Part shown: one piece after another, positions 1-9,454 of the stretch | Position numbering within the stretch: the stretch's first letter is position 1 | Layout of the letters: each line of letters starts with the position of its first letter | IMG/VR virus record: IMGVR_UViG_3300002161_000016 | Span: 1-35,304 of that record | Length of the DNA: 35,304 bases | Reading direction: 5' to 3' (one strand) | Source of the DNA: a virus | Lineage: Duplodnaviria; Caudoviricetes | Position numbers and translations under genes: made by a program | The notes under the pieces: generated by a model | What the model saw: the letters and a program-made list of their open reading frames with translations, nothing else | Databases searched by the model: none | What the model was told of the DNA's origin: nothing

Positions 1-533
1 TGCCCAAGGCAGAAACCCCGAAAAAAGTACGAGGGCTGACAGAACCGCAAAAGACCGGCAGACCCTCTAAATACTCCCCTGAAGTTGCACAAGAGATGTG
101 CCGCCTCTTGGCTGATGGCATTCCCCTAAGAGAAATCTGCCGTAAAGAAGGCTTCCCAGAGTGGAGAACAGTCTACGATTGGATGTATAAGGATGACGCT
201 GCTGGAGAAAACAGCGTCGGTCTTTCCGCAGCCATCGCTCGTGCTCGTGAAGTTGGGCAAGACGCGATTGCAGAGCAGATTTGGTTAGATATGAATCAGG
301 AGCCTGAGCGCATCCTCTCTGAAGGCGGTGGCCGGGTTGATTCCGGGTATGTCCAGTGGCAGAAGGCGAAAGCCGAAATCGGCCTCAAGCTGCTAGCCAA
401 GTGGAATCCCAAGCGATACGGCGACCGCGTAGCCTTGACCGGTGCTGATAACGCCCCTCCTATTCAAGTCGAGTCCAAGCTGCTGTTTGATGCTGTCTTG
501 CAGAACCTAGAGTCCAAACGGCAGGTCGAATGA
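1..533 (+). CDS. terS: Terminase small subunit (5' end at or just beyond the window edge)
   Basis: The frame of ORF 96..533 is open back to base 3 (PKAETPKKVRGLTEPQKTGRPSKYSPEVAQEMCRLLADG). GRPSKY, an HTH (GIPLREIC..FPEWRTVYDW) and KLLAKWNPKRYGDR are Sf6/P22-type TerS features. The window starts 'tg', so the ATG probably begins 1 nt before base 1. Directly upstream of terL. Confidence 0.85.
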   Translation, partial: PKAETPKKVRGLTEPQKTGRPSKYSPEVAQEMCRLLADGIPLREICRKEGFPEWRTVYDWMYKDDAAGENSVGLSAAIARAREVGQDAIAEQIWLDMNQEPERILSEGGGRVDSGYVQWQKAKAEIGLKLLAKWNPKRYGDRVALTGADNAPPIQVESKLLFDAVLQNLESKRQVE

Positions 534-606
534 CGCAGTGCAGCAGACTAGTGGATACAGGCCCGAAAAAATCGGCACTTCCCCAGTGTGATGCGCTGCA
601 ACAATC

Positions 607-2028
607 ATGGACGTTTTAGAGATTCTGCGGGATCCGAAGACCCGGTCTGAGTTCGAGAAGCTAGCCCCGCAGGATCAGGTGGCGTTCGCTTGGCGGGCTA
701 AGTGGCTATCACAAGCTCACAAGCACCAGATCCTCCCCGCGGGCGATTGGTGGTCGATCTGGCTGATGCTAGCAGGCCGGGGCGCAGGGAAGACTAGAAC
801 CGCGGCAGAGCAGATCGGCTGGTGGGCTTGGTCGTATCCCAATACTCGTTGGCTGGTGGCGGCTCCTACGTCGTCTGATGTGCGGGCAACGTGCTTTGAG
901 GGTGACTCCGGGCTGTTGGCGGTTATCCCGCATCAGCTTGTAGCCGATTACAACAAAGCATTGCACGAGCTTAAACTGCTTAACGGAAGCCTGATTAAGG
1001 GCATTCCTGCAAGCGAACCCGAGCGATTCCGCGGGCCACAGTTTCACGGAGGATGGTGCGACGAGCTTGCGGCTTGGGACTACCTTCAGGAGGCTTGGGA
1101 TCAGATGCAGTTCGGCCTGCGCCTGAAGTTGCCAACTATGCCGACTCGGTTGATCTGTACTACAACCCCGAAGCCGAAGGATCTGATTGTCGATCTGGTC
1201 AGCAGGGAGGGCGATGACGTAGCCCTGACGACTGCCAGCACCTATAGCAACCTTGACAACCTGTCGGACAGCTTCCGCAAGCAGATCTTGCAGTACGAGG
1301 GTACGAAGCTAGGCAGACAGGAGATTTATGCTGAGATCATCGACCCCGAAGATGGGGGGATGGTCAGAAGGGATTGGTTCCGGCTCTGGCCTGCTGGCAA
1401 AGAGTTTCCGCGTTTCGAGTACATCGTGCAGTCCTACGACTGTGCAACTAGCGAAAAGACCGTTAATGATCCTACTGCCGCGGAGACTTGGGGTGTATTT
1501 AAGCCTACTGACGGCCCGATGTCCGTGATGCTGATCGACTGCTGGCAAGATCGGCTCCAGTACCCCGAACTGAGAGAGAAGGTTCAGGAAGAGTACGAGG
1601 TGATCTTCGGCGAGGGCCGGGACAAGAAGCGGGTAGACACAATCCTCGTTGAAGACAAGTCCGCGGGCATCTCGCTGATTCAGGACTTGAGGCGAGCGCA
1701 CCTGCCTGTCGCTGCCTATAACCCCGGGCGTGCCGACAAGATCCAGCGGCTGAATATTGTGTCCCATATCATTGCCCGCGGGAGAGTGTGGATCCCTGAA
1801 TCAGATAAGCGGAAGGGCTACGTCAAAGACTGGGCCGAGCCTCTTGTAAGCCAGATCTGTTCGTTCCCTGAGTCAACCCATGACGATTTCGTTGATGCGT
1901 GTACGCAGGCTCTGAGATGGCTCAGAGATGCTGGCTGGCTAGAAGTCGATCCGCCGCCGAGAGACGACTGGGACGAAGACGACTATGTAGATACCGGCAG
2001 GACGAGAGAGAATCCATATGCGGCCTGA
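607..2028 (+). CDS. terL: Terminase large subunit
   Basis: Walker A AGRGAGKT, Walker B GGWCDE, motif C CTTTPK, RNase H-like nuclease (QSYD, VEDKSAG, HDDFVDA). Confidence 0.97.
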   Translation: MDVLEILRDPKTRSEFEKLAPQDQVAFAWRAKWLSQAHKHQILPAGDWWSIWLMLAGRGAGKTRTAAEQIGWWAWSYPNTRWLVAAPTSSDVRATCFEGDSGLLAVIPHQLVADYNKALHELKLLNGSLIKGIPASEPERFRGPQFHGGWCDELAAWDYLQEAWDQMQFGLRLKLPTMPTRLICTTTPKPKDLIVDLVSREGDDVALTTASTYSNLDNLSDSFRKQILQYEGTKLGRQEIYAEIIDPEDGGMVRRDWFRLWPAGKEFPRFEYIVQSYDCATSEKTVNDPTAAETWGVFKPTDGPMSVMLIDCWQDRLQYPELREKVQEEYEVIFGEGRDKKRVDTILVEDKSAGISLIQDLRRAHLPVAAYNPGRADKIQRLNIVSHIIARGRVWIPESDKRKGYVKDWAEPLVSQICSFPESTHDDFVDACTQALRWLRDAGWLEVDPPPRDDWDEDDYVDTGRTRENPYAA

Positions 2029-2057
2029 TGGACTTGACGCACCCGTAAGTTTATGAT
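2029..2057 (+). promoter_or_regulatory. Candidate sigma70-like promoter upstream of the polyvalent protein gene
   Basis: TGGACT (2029-2034), 17 nt spacer, TATGAT (2052-2057), then AGGAGG RBS (2065-2070) and ATG 2075. Confidence 0.35.
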
Positions 2058-2074
2058 TCGGGCAGGAGGCCATC

Positions 2075-5000
2075 ATGAATGACTTTGCCGGTAGTGCGGA
2101 CGTTATAGCCGAAAAACTCGTTGCTGGAGGCATGGATCCTCAGCAGGCAATGACACTCGCTTTGCGGATGGCCCAAAGCCGCCAGCAGGCCGATCAGTCG
2201 ATCCTTGGCGGTGTTCCTACTCAGCCGCCGGTATCAGACGTTCCACCGGCTACAGAGATTCTTGGTGGTGATCCCTCGAGGCTATTCCAACGACAACCTA
2301 CGACGATGGAGAGGATCAAAGACCTCCCCAAGGACGTACTAGGTGCAGCCGATGCGATGGCGTCGATGGGGTCATTGGTTGGGTTGGCGGTGCCGTCAAT
2401 GATGTATGCCCTCAGACCCGGCCAGAAGACCCAAGGCGACCCGATGGAGTTCGCCTTGAGGAATATGTATATGCCGCGATCAGAACGTGGCCCTAGCCAT
2501 TTAGCGGGGCTAGGAGAGGTTCTGGAGTCACTCCCTCAGACTGGGCCGCTGCCTGAGCTACAAGCCTTTGCAGGGGTCGGTAGGGGCGTAGGCAGGCAAC
2601 TAGCGGAGAAAGGCAGGCAAGCCGGTAGAGCGATGGCTCCCGCTGCTGCGAACGTAGCAGAGGACATCCTTCGGCGGCAGGGGCTGTTGATGGATGTCGT
2701 CAAGCCGAAAGGTGGTAACTGGCTGACAGGAAGCGTAGAGAAGGCTATTAAAGAACTCAAAACTCCGTATGACCCAGAAGTTGCGCTACAAGATGTGCGC
2801 CAAATGAGGCAGCAGTATGGTGATTTACCCCGTTATGCGGAGGCTGAACGAACGATAGCAAATCAAAAAGCGGTTGATCAATGGATTGACCGCAATCTGA
2901 CCAACTACATCAAGAAAGAGATGGCAACACCGGAGGATCCGGTTCGGAAGTTGGCAGAGCAGGGCATTGAGCCGCAAGGCAGATTTCAATACGAACCAGA
3001 TAGAAGTTTATCTGTGTTGCAGTTCGCAAGAGAGGAGCTTGGTTTCCCGTCTAAGGGCATGGGGAAAAGTCCACAAGCCCAGAATTGGGAAACAATTGCA
3101 GACGAAACAGCGCAAGTTGAATCCGCTGGAGACATCATTGCAATAGCTCGAAGCACTGATGCGATGGCTCGACAAAAATATCAAAACATTTTGCAAGAAA
3201 ATCCGTGGTTATTAAAAGTTGATCCAAGCACCCCTGTTTACTCCCCCAAGGCTGGTAACTGGTCTTATAGAGATACGGGTTTTGATCACATTGTTGATGT
3301 TCTTAAACAAGATTTGAACGAAGGTCGCATTCGTCCTGAGCAATTAAACAAAGTCAGCATGGAGCAGGCTGTTCGCAGGACGTATGAGTACGACCAAGAG
3401 ATGGCTAAGAAGATGCGAGAGGCGCAGATCAAAGCCACAGAAGGGATGCCAGTCCACAAGGAGTATCCAGAGGGATACAGGTGGATTGAGCTGACCAATC
3501 CAAAAACAGTACCAGAAGGCTACACGCTTCCAGAGGGAATGAAGCTAGATACGATTGATCACCCAAGATACGGTCTTCTGCATACAGTATCCGATCCTAA
3601 AGGTATTACTCAGATAGAAGCTACTAATTCTCCAGAAAGCGCCCTTTTGCGGTTTTACAACAGGAATGGTGGGGAAGGATATAAAGCCCTTGAAGACTCC
3701 TTAAAGTACGAAGGCGACACAATGGGTCACTGCGTCGGTGGCTACTGCCCTGATGTGTTAGAAGGCCGTAGCCAAATCTTTAGCTTGAGGGATGCGAAGG
3801 GCGAGCCTCATGTAACGATTGAGGTTCAGCCGCCAAAAAAATATGATGCAGACGAGGTTATCGCAATGTTCCCCGGCGGGGTCACGGATGCGATGAAAAA
3901 TGGCGATTTGGGGGGCCGAAACTACATCGCTAAAAAATTAGAAGAGTTAAACAACCCAAACTTGCCGGGGCAGATTGTTCAAATCAAAGGCAAGCAAAAT
4001 CGCAAGCCAAAAGATGAATATCTTCCGTTTGTTCAAGACTTTGTTCGTTCTGGTAACTGGTCGCAGGTCGGAGACCCTCAGAACGCTGGATTGCGTAGAT
4101 ATACTGACGTATTCAACGATGCAGAACAGCGAAAGATTGAGGCGTTAAACCTTCCCGTTCCGGATCATATGTGGCTGACCGGCGAAGAGATTCAGACACT
4201 TCACAATGCAATCAATCCAGAAGGAAAGCGCCTCAAATACAACGCTTCTGGTCAGATTATTGGGGATTCATACAAGCAAGGCGGCTCAGTCAACCATAAA
4301 GCCGTAGAGTCAGCCCGTAGAGCCTTAGAGAAGGCGATGGCTAAGGGCGGCGAAGTCAAGATGGCTGGAGGTGGGAGGGTGATCGGAAAGGCTGCTGCGG
4401 CGGCTGCAAAGCAAGCAAAAACTGTGTTGTCTCCCGCGGAGTCGGAAGTTAACAAAGCCAAGTTTCTTGCCGATAGTGCTGTTCAGCAACGGATGTACAC
4501 TGGCACATCTAAGGATCAAGACTTCTCAAAGTTTAATGTCCCCAAGAACGGCGCATGGTTTACGCCATCAACGGATGTGGCGTCGGCTTACGCTAAAGAT
4601 AACGACAGCAAAGGTCTGAAATACGACTTTGACACGAGACAATACAAAGAAGTCAACACGGCTGACCGTGTTATGCCCGTATATCTGAGAGCCACCAATC
4701 CGTACCAGATCACTGACGACGACATCAAGCGCATGAATGTGGGCAATTACAAGAAAGCCCAGTCGCAGTTCTTTGACTCGTTGCGGTCGCAGGGCCATGA
4801 CTCAGTTATTTTTGATGACGGCACAACCGTAGTCTTGCAAGGCCCGCATCAAATCAAGTCAGCCATCGGCAATCGCGGAACCTACGACATCACTAGCCCA
4901 GAGTTAAACAAAGCGCATGGTGGTTTAGCGCATATGTCTGGTGGCGGTCTTCTTGGGAAGGTCGCGGGAAGGGCTGCGGGGAAGAAAAGCACTAAATTAG

Positions 5001-6172
5001 CGCGAGAAGCCGCTGCGGCTTCAAGAGCGCCCGCCAAATCTAAGCAAGAGATTGATGAAATAGCTAGGAGGATTGCGGAGCAAACTCAGCCGGGATTTGC
5101 CCGAGTGTCTCCTGAATCCTCTATTAACCCCGCGGGCAAGTCGCAGTTGCTGTATGAGCTAGAGCAGCGCACTCCGATGGTCGTTGAGAGCACGATCCCT
5201 GATCGCCCTGTAAATCCTATAGATTATGAACAACAATTAGGTAAAGTCATTGTTGGAGTCCCCGGGGATCCTACGATGGGGCAAGTTGCTGCGCCCGGTA
5301 GTTTGGAGTCTGCAACGAGAGGCGGCAAGCAGTTAGTACAAGTTGGTGACGTAAGGCCAGAAACGCCGGTGCAGTTGTACGGAGGCCCGAGGTACGGTGC
5401 CAACTTGGACGAAGTGTTCTGGGCGTCAAATCTCAGTCCTGCAAGAGCGGTGCAAAATCTTGTAAAGGAAATGGCGGCGAAGTACGGGCCGGAGCAAGTT
5501 CTTGGCAAGTACATCAAGATGTCGCCAGAAAGTTCAAGATTTGCAATGCACAACTTGGATGCTTTGATTTCTGTGCTCCAGCCTGAGAAGTTGGCAAAAG
5601 ACAAAATTGAGCTGCTCAACAACTTGGTAAGGAAGGGGACGCCAAAACAGCAGTTCCCGCAGTTTGCAGGGTTTGAAGATCCAATCAATTTGTTACTGCA
5701 AGCCCAGATGGATAGCAAGCTCAGAAAACAGATATCTGAGGTTTTAGAAAAGCCAACCGTTGCTAAAGAGGTAGGATTCCCGTTCCCCGGGAAGGTAGTG
5801 CAGTCTGCGATCACTGATCCGGAATTGAGGAACGTAGAAACCGGAATCACCGGTTATGCAATCGGCAAAATGAACCCAGAAGGGAAGTTGACTCCTTCCA
5901 GTCATCCTACATACGAATACGACATCCCCGGGCAGGCTATCGGCAAGTCTAAGTATCTTGTGCCTTACGAAGTCTCGTTCCCAGACTTTGCCGCGTGGTA
6001 TCGTTCCCGCCCAGATGTACAGGCAAAAGTTGACCCGGTAAACATGATGAAAAGCTACGGGCCGCGGCAAGTAATTGACCAGCAGTACATTGATGAAATG
6101 AAGATGTACGAAGAGGCCATGAAGCGGCTTACGGGCAAAAAGAAGGGCGGCCTTGCCGCCTTGAGGAAATAA
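2075..6172 (+). CDS. Large polyvalent multidomain protein: PcfJ-like domain, ADP-ribosyltransferase-like (ART-PolyVal type) domain and an unknown C-terminal domain
   Basis: 1365 aa with a strong RBS. LKYEGDTMGHCVGGY...IFSLRD..GEPHVTIEV...IVQIKGKQN (~3700-4010) is the PcfJ-like pattern. MYTGT..F.KF...GAWFT...ASAYA...VMPVYL...NP...GHDSVI...VVL..HQIKSAIGNRGTYD (~4490-4890) is the polyvalent-protein ART pattern. Confidence 0.7.
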   Translation: MNDFAGSADVIAEKLVAGGMDPQQAMTLALRMAQSRQQADQSILGGVPTQPPVSDVPPATEILGGDPSRLFQRQPTTMERIKDLPKDVLGAADAMASMGSLVGLAVPSMMYALRPGQKTQGDPMEFALRNMYMPRSERGPSHLAGLGEVLESLPQTGPLPELQAFAGVGRGVGRQLAEKGRQAGRAMAPAAANVAEDILRRQGLLMDVVKPKGGNWLTGSVEKAIKELKTPYDPEVALQDVRQMRQQYGDLPRYAEAERTIANQKAVDQWIDRNLTNYIKKEMATPEDPVRKLAEQGIEPQGRFQYEPDRSLSVLQFAREELGFPSKGMGKSPQAQNWETIADETAQVESAGDIIAIARSTDAMARQKYQNILQENPWLLKVDPSTPVYSPKAGNWSYRDTGFDHIVDVLKQDLNEGRIRPEQLNKVSMEQAVRRTYEYDQEMAKKMREAQIKATEGMPVHKEYPEGYRWIELTNPKTVPEGYTLPEGMKLDTIDHPRYGLLHTVSDPKGITQIEATNSPESALLRFYNRNGGEGYKALEDSLKYEGDTMGHCVGGYCPDVLEGRSQIFSLRDAKGEPHVTIEVQPPKKYDADEVIAMFPGGVTDAMKNGDLGGRNYIAKKLEELNNPNLPGQIVQIKGKQNRKPKDEYLPFVQDFVRSGNWSQVGDPQNAGLRRYTDVFNDAEQRKIEALNLPVPDHMWLTGEEIQTLHNAINPEGKRLKYNASGQIIGDSYKQGGSVNHKAVESARRALEKAMAKGGEVKMAGGGRVIGKAAAAAAKQAKTVLSPAESEVNKAKFLADSAVQQRMYTGTSKDQDFSKFNVPKNGAWFTPSTDVASAYAKDNDSKGLKYDFDTRQYKEVNTADRVMPVYLRATNPYQITDDDIKRMNVGNYKKAQSQFFDSLRSQGHDSVIFDDGTTVVLQGPHQIKSAIGNRGTYDITSPELNKAHGGLAHMSGGGLLGKVAGRAAGKKSTKLAREAAAASRAPAKSKQEIDEIARRIAEQTQPGFARVSPESSINPAGKSQLLYELEQRTPMVVESTIPDRPVNPIDYEQQLGKVIVGVPGDPTMGQVAAPGSLESATRGGKQLVQVGDVRPETPVQLYGGPRYGANLDEVFWASNLSPARAVQNLVKEMAAKYGPEQVLGKYIKMSPESSRFAMHNLDALISVLQPEKLAKDKIELLNNLVRKGTPKQQFPQFAGFEDPINLLLQAQMDSKLRKQISEVLEKPTVAKEVGFPFPGKVVQSAITDPELRNVETGITGYAIGKMNPEGKLTPSSHPTYEYDIPGQAIGKSKYLVPYEVSFPDFAAWYRSRPDVQAKVDPVNMMKSYGPRQVIDQQYIDEMKMYEEAMKRLTGKKKGGLAALRK

Positions 6173-6175
6173 GAC

Positions 6176-8713
6176 ATGGCAACTGAATTCCCAATTGAGC
6201 AGGATTTTGGACGAGCGATCCCCGGCATGGGAGGTCTAGCTCAAGGTGATCTGCTCCAGCAAGAGCCTGTCGAAGAGGAGCTGATTCTTGATGAGTCAGA
6301 GATTGAAGAACTTCCTGACGGCTCTGCTGTTGTAACGCTCCCTGAAGGCCCGATGGAAGACCCTGACTTCTACGAGAACCTTGCGGATTCTGACGACATT
6401 GACTCGTTGCAGATCGCAGAGTTTGCACTGAAGTACATCGAGCTAGTAGAGAAGGACAAGGAAGCCCGTAAGCAGAGGGACAAGCAGTACGAAGAGGGTA
6501 TTCGGAGAACGGGTCTAGGGAATGACGCGCCCGGCGGCGCTTCGTTCAATGGTGCCTCGAAGGTCGTTCACCCGGTGATGGCTGAGGGGTGTGTTGACTT
6601 TGCTTCGAGGGCGATCAAAGAGTTGTTTCCGCCAGATGGCCCGACTCGGACGAAGATTCTCGGGGATGTAGATAAAGAGAAGATTGAGATTGCGGAGCGT
6701 AAGCGCGACTTCATGAATTGGCAGCTTACGGAGCAGATTCCGGAGTTCTCAGACGAGATGGAGCAGATGCTGACGCAGCTTCCGCTTGGAGGCTCGCAGT
6801 ATCTAAAGCTCTGGTACGACGAGCGGTTGAAGAGACCTTGCGCTGAGTTCTTGCCGATTGATAACGTGATTGTTCCGTTTGCGGCGACGAACTTTTACAC
6901 GGCGCAGCGGGCAACTGAAGTCCACGATCTGTCTAACTATGAGTACCGGCAGCGGATGGCTTCTGGGATGTATCGAGATGTCTCGTACATTCGAGCCACG
7001 ATGGATCCGGAGCCTACTGGCCCGCAGAAGGCGAACGACAAGATCGAGGGCAGGTCTCCGAACGACAATGAAGACGGTGTTCGTCGGGTCTACCATATTT
7101 ATACATGGTTAGAGATTGACAGTGACCGGTTCACGAAAGGGAAGATGGCCCCCTACATCCTGATGATTGACGAGCTAGAGACTGAGGTGATTGGTCTCTA
7201 CCGTAATTGGGAGGAGGGTGATGAGACGATGGACAAGCTCGACTGGATTGTCGAGTTCAAGTTCATCCCTTGGCGCGGGGCGTATGCGATTGGTCTCCCG
7301 CACCTGATTGGAGGGCTTTCTGCGGCCCTTACAGGCTCTCTGAGGGCGCTTTTAGACTCTGCCCATATCAACAACGCTGCGACGATGCTGAAGCTCAAGG
7401 GAGCCAAGTTGTCGGGGCAGAGCCAGCAGGTTGAGATTACTCAGGTTGCCGAGATTGAAGCTGCCCCGGGTGTGGATGACGTTCGCAAGATTGCGATGCC
7501 TTTCCCCTTTAATCCCCCAAGTCCGGTGTTGTTCCAGCTTCTTGGTTGGTTGACGACTGCGGCGAAGGGGGTGGTGACGACTGCTGAAGAAAAGATTGCT
7601 GATGTAGGTCAGAACACCCCTGTAGGCACGACGCAGGCTCTGATTGAGCAGGGTGCCGCGGTGTTTTCAAGTATTCACGCAAGGCTTCACAAGAGTCAGG
7701 CGAGGGTCTTGAGGATTCTCCAGAGGATCAACCGCTGGTATCTAGAGGATATGCGGCGGGATGAGGAGATGGTTGATCTTGATATTAAACGGGAGGATTT
7801 CGCTAAGGTCAGCGATGTCATTCCTGTAAGCGATCCTCATATCTTCTCTGAGACGCAACGTATGGCGCAGAGCCAAGCGGTGATGTCGATCATGGAGAAG
7901 AACCAAGACCTATTCAATCGGAAGGTAGTGGTTCAGCGGTTTTTGAAGCAACTGAAGGTTCCGGGCATCAACGAGATCATGATTGATATGCCGGGGCCGA
8001 CCAAGATGGATCCCGCAAACGAGAACGTAGCGATGACGATTGGTCAGGCGGCGTTTGCGTATCCGGAGCAGGATCATCTGGGGCATATTCAGGCTCACTT
8101 GGATTATGCGAAGAACCCGGTGTTTGGCGGGAACCCGATGATTGCACCTGCGTTTCTTCCTAAAGCGATGGAGCACATCAAACAGCATTTAGCTCTGTGG
8201 TACTTGAACCGTATGGAAGGCTATATCCATCAATCCATAGGCAAGAAGCCGGAAGACTATGACCTGTTAAATGACCCGAAGGATCTAGACAAGTTATATG
8301 GATCGGCTTCGCAGCACGTTGACATGGATTCTCAGCAAACGTTGTCTGGGATCATGCCTGTGATTCAGCAGATGGTTCAGACGATGCAGCAGTTCAAGCC
8401 GAAGCCTGACTTGACGCCTGATGGTCAGGTTCTCTTGCAGACGAGTATGGCCGAGACCGAGCGCAGGAAGCAGCGTGACGCCGCGGAGATGCAATTGAAG
8501 GGTCAAGCTTTGCAGCAGAAGTTGCAGTTGGATATGTTGAGTTTGAAACAGAAGCAAGAGATGGAGATGGAGGATCTGCAACTTCGTTTAGCGATTGCAC
8601 AGGGCGATCAGGAGACGAAGGAGCGTATTGAGACCGCAAGGCTGACTAGGGACGCTGCGAGGCTGAAGCTAGATCAGGACAAAACGGTGATTGATTACTC
8701 GAAACTTCAATAG
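6176..8713 (+). CDS. Portal protein (P22-like, long C-terminal coiled coil)
   Basis: 845 aa. Contains FNGASKVVHPVMAE, FMNWQLTEQ, LPLGGSQYLKLWYD, NTPVGTTQALIEQG and VIPVSDP, with a Q/M/E-rich C-terminal barrel. Position after the terminase fits. Confidence 0.9.
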   Translation: MATEFPIEQDFGRAIPGMGGLAQGDLLQQEPVEEELILDESEIEELPDGSAVVTLPEGPMEDPDFYENLADSDDIDSLQIAEFALKYIELVEKDKEARKQRDKQYEEGIRRTGLGNDAPGGASFNGASKVVHPVMAEGCVDFASRAIKELFPPDGPTRTKILGDVDKEKIEIAERKRDFMNWQLTEQIPEFSDEMEQMLTQLPLGGSQYLKLWYDERLKRPCAEFLPIDNVIVPFAATNFYTAQRATEVHDLSNYEYRQRMASGMYRDVSYIRATMDPEPTGPQKANDKIEGRSPNDNEDGVRRVYHIYTWLEIDSDRFTKGKMAPYILMIDELETEVIGLYRNWEEGDETMDKLDWIVEFKFIPWRGAYAIGLPHLIGGLSAALTGSLRALLDSAHINNAATMLKLKGAKLSGQSQQVEITQVAEIEAAPGVDDVRKIAMPFPFNPPSPVLFQLLGWLTTAAKGVVTTAEEKIADVGQNTPVGTTQALIEQGAAVFSSIHARLHKSQARVLRILQRINRWYLEDMRRDEEMVDLDIKREDFAKVSDVIPVSDPHIFSETQRMAQSQAVMSIMEKNQDLFNRKVVVQRFLKQLKVPGINEIMIDMPGPTKMDPANENVAMTIGQAAFAYPEQDHLGHIQAHLDYAKNPVFGGNPMIAPAFLPKAMEHIKQHLALWYLNRMEGYIHQSIGKKPEDYDLLNDPKDLDKLYGSASQHVDMDSQQTLSGIMPVIQQMVQTMQQFKPKPDLTPDGQVLLQTSMAETERRKQRDAAEMQLKGQALQQKLQLDMLSLKQKQEMEMEDLQLRLAIAQGDQETKERIETARLTRDAARLKLDQDKTVIDYSKLQ

Positions 8714-8722
8714 GAGCTGAAA

Positions 8723-8860
8723 ATGAGTGATAAAGAGCAGATGAGCGAGTTTGTTAAACAGCACAAGCGGATTGCTATGGGCGTGCCTCTTAACGGGCAG
8801 TCGATGCAGCCGAAACAACAACCCACCAAACAGGAGCCAAAGCTGCTGAAGAAAAAATGA
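8723..8860 (+). CDS. Hypothetical 45-aa protein (not in ORF track)
   Basis: MSDKEQMSEFVKQHKRIAMGVPLNGQSMQPKQQPTKQEPKLLKKK. AGGAG RBS overlaps the portal stop, the stop overlaps the next ATG (ATGA), and the ORF fills the gap. Confidence 0.7.
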   Translation: MSDKEQMSEFVKQHKRIAMGVPLNGQSMQPKQQPTKQEPKLLKKK

Positions 8861-9042
8861 AAACCGTAAGTGACCTGATCTCTGGCATACAAGCTTCACA
8901 GAGCGAAATAGCTCTTTCCTTGGCGAATGGAAACGCGCCTACATGGGAAGCCTATCAGCGGATGGTCGGTCAATATCGAGGACTGCAAGATTCCCTCGAT
9001 ATCCTTAACAATCTTTTGCGAGAAGACGATGAACATGAATGA
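8857..9042 (+). CDS. Small conserved-type phage protein between portal and GroES
   Basis: 61 aa, helical, with LANGNAPTWEAYQRMVGQYRGL. Overlaps its neighbours on both sides. Confidence 0.8.
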   Translation: MKTVSDLISGIQASQSEIALSLANGNAPTWEAYQRMVGQYRGLQDSLDILNNLLREDDEHE

Positions 9043-9454
9043 ACCGGTAGCGTCTAACGGCGCTGAATTAGCTTGGGCATTTCCGAGCGTGGAACCCGGT
9101 GCGAAACCTCTTGGCGGTCGGATCCTTGTGCAACTCCGTCGTGTCAAGAAGAAGAGTCAGGGTGGTTTGATCCTTGTTTCGGAAACGAAAGAGGCAGAAA
9201 AGTGGCAAAACATGGTGGCTAAAGTTGTTGCTATTGGCCCGCTGGCTTACCGCCACAGGGACACGATGCAAGCTTGGCCCGAAGGGTCGTGGTGCGAAGC
9301 TGGGGAGTTTGTCCGAGTCCCTAAATGGGGAGGAGACCGCTGGGAAGTTCCGGTGGACGGAGACGATGAACCGGCGTTGTTTGCCATTTTTAACGATCAC
9401 GAAGTCATTGCAAAAGTGATGGGTGATCCTTTGAGCATGAAGGCGTTTGTGTAA
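9035..9454 (+). CDS. groES: GroES/Cpn10-like co-chaperonin
   Basis: KPLGGRILVQ...KKSQGGLILV...AKVVAIGP...GEFV...IFNDHEVIAKV matches the GroES signature. The likely start is ATG 9035 (or 9029) rather than 8927, which overlaps the upstream gene. Confidence 0.85.
   Translation: MNEPVASNGAELAWAFPSVEPGAKPLGGRILVQLRRVKKKSQGGLILVSETKEAEKWQNMVAKVVAIGPLAYRHRDTMQAWPEGSWCEAGEFVRVPKWGGDRWEVPVDGDDEPALFAIFNDHEVIAKVMGDPLSMKAFV

Noticed and set aside
2034-2057. TTGACG...TATGAT as the -35/-10 pair
   Set aside because: The spacer is only 12 nt. The overlapping TGGACT at 17 nt is the geometrically plausible -35.
8927-9034. N-terminal extension of GroES given in the ORF track
   Set aside because: It overlaps the coupled 8857..9042 gene in another frame. 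GroES similarity starts after ATG 9029/9035.
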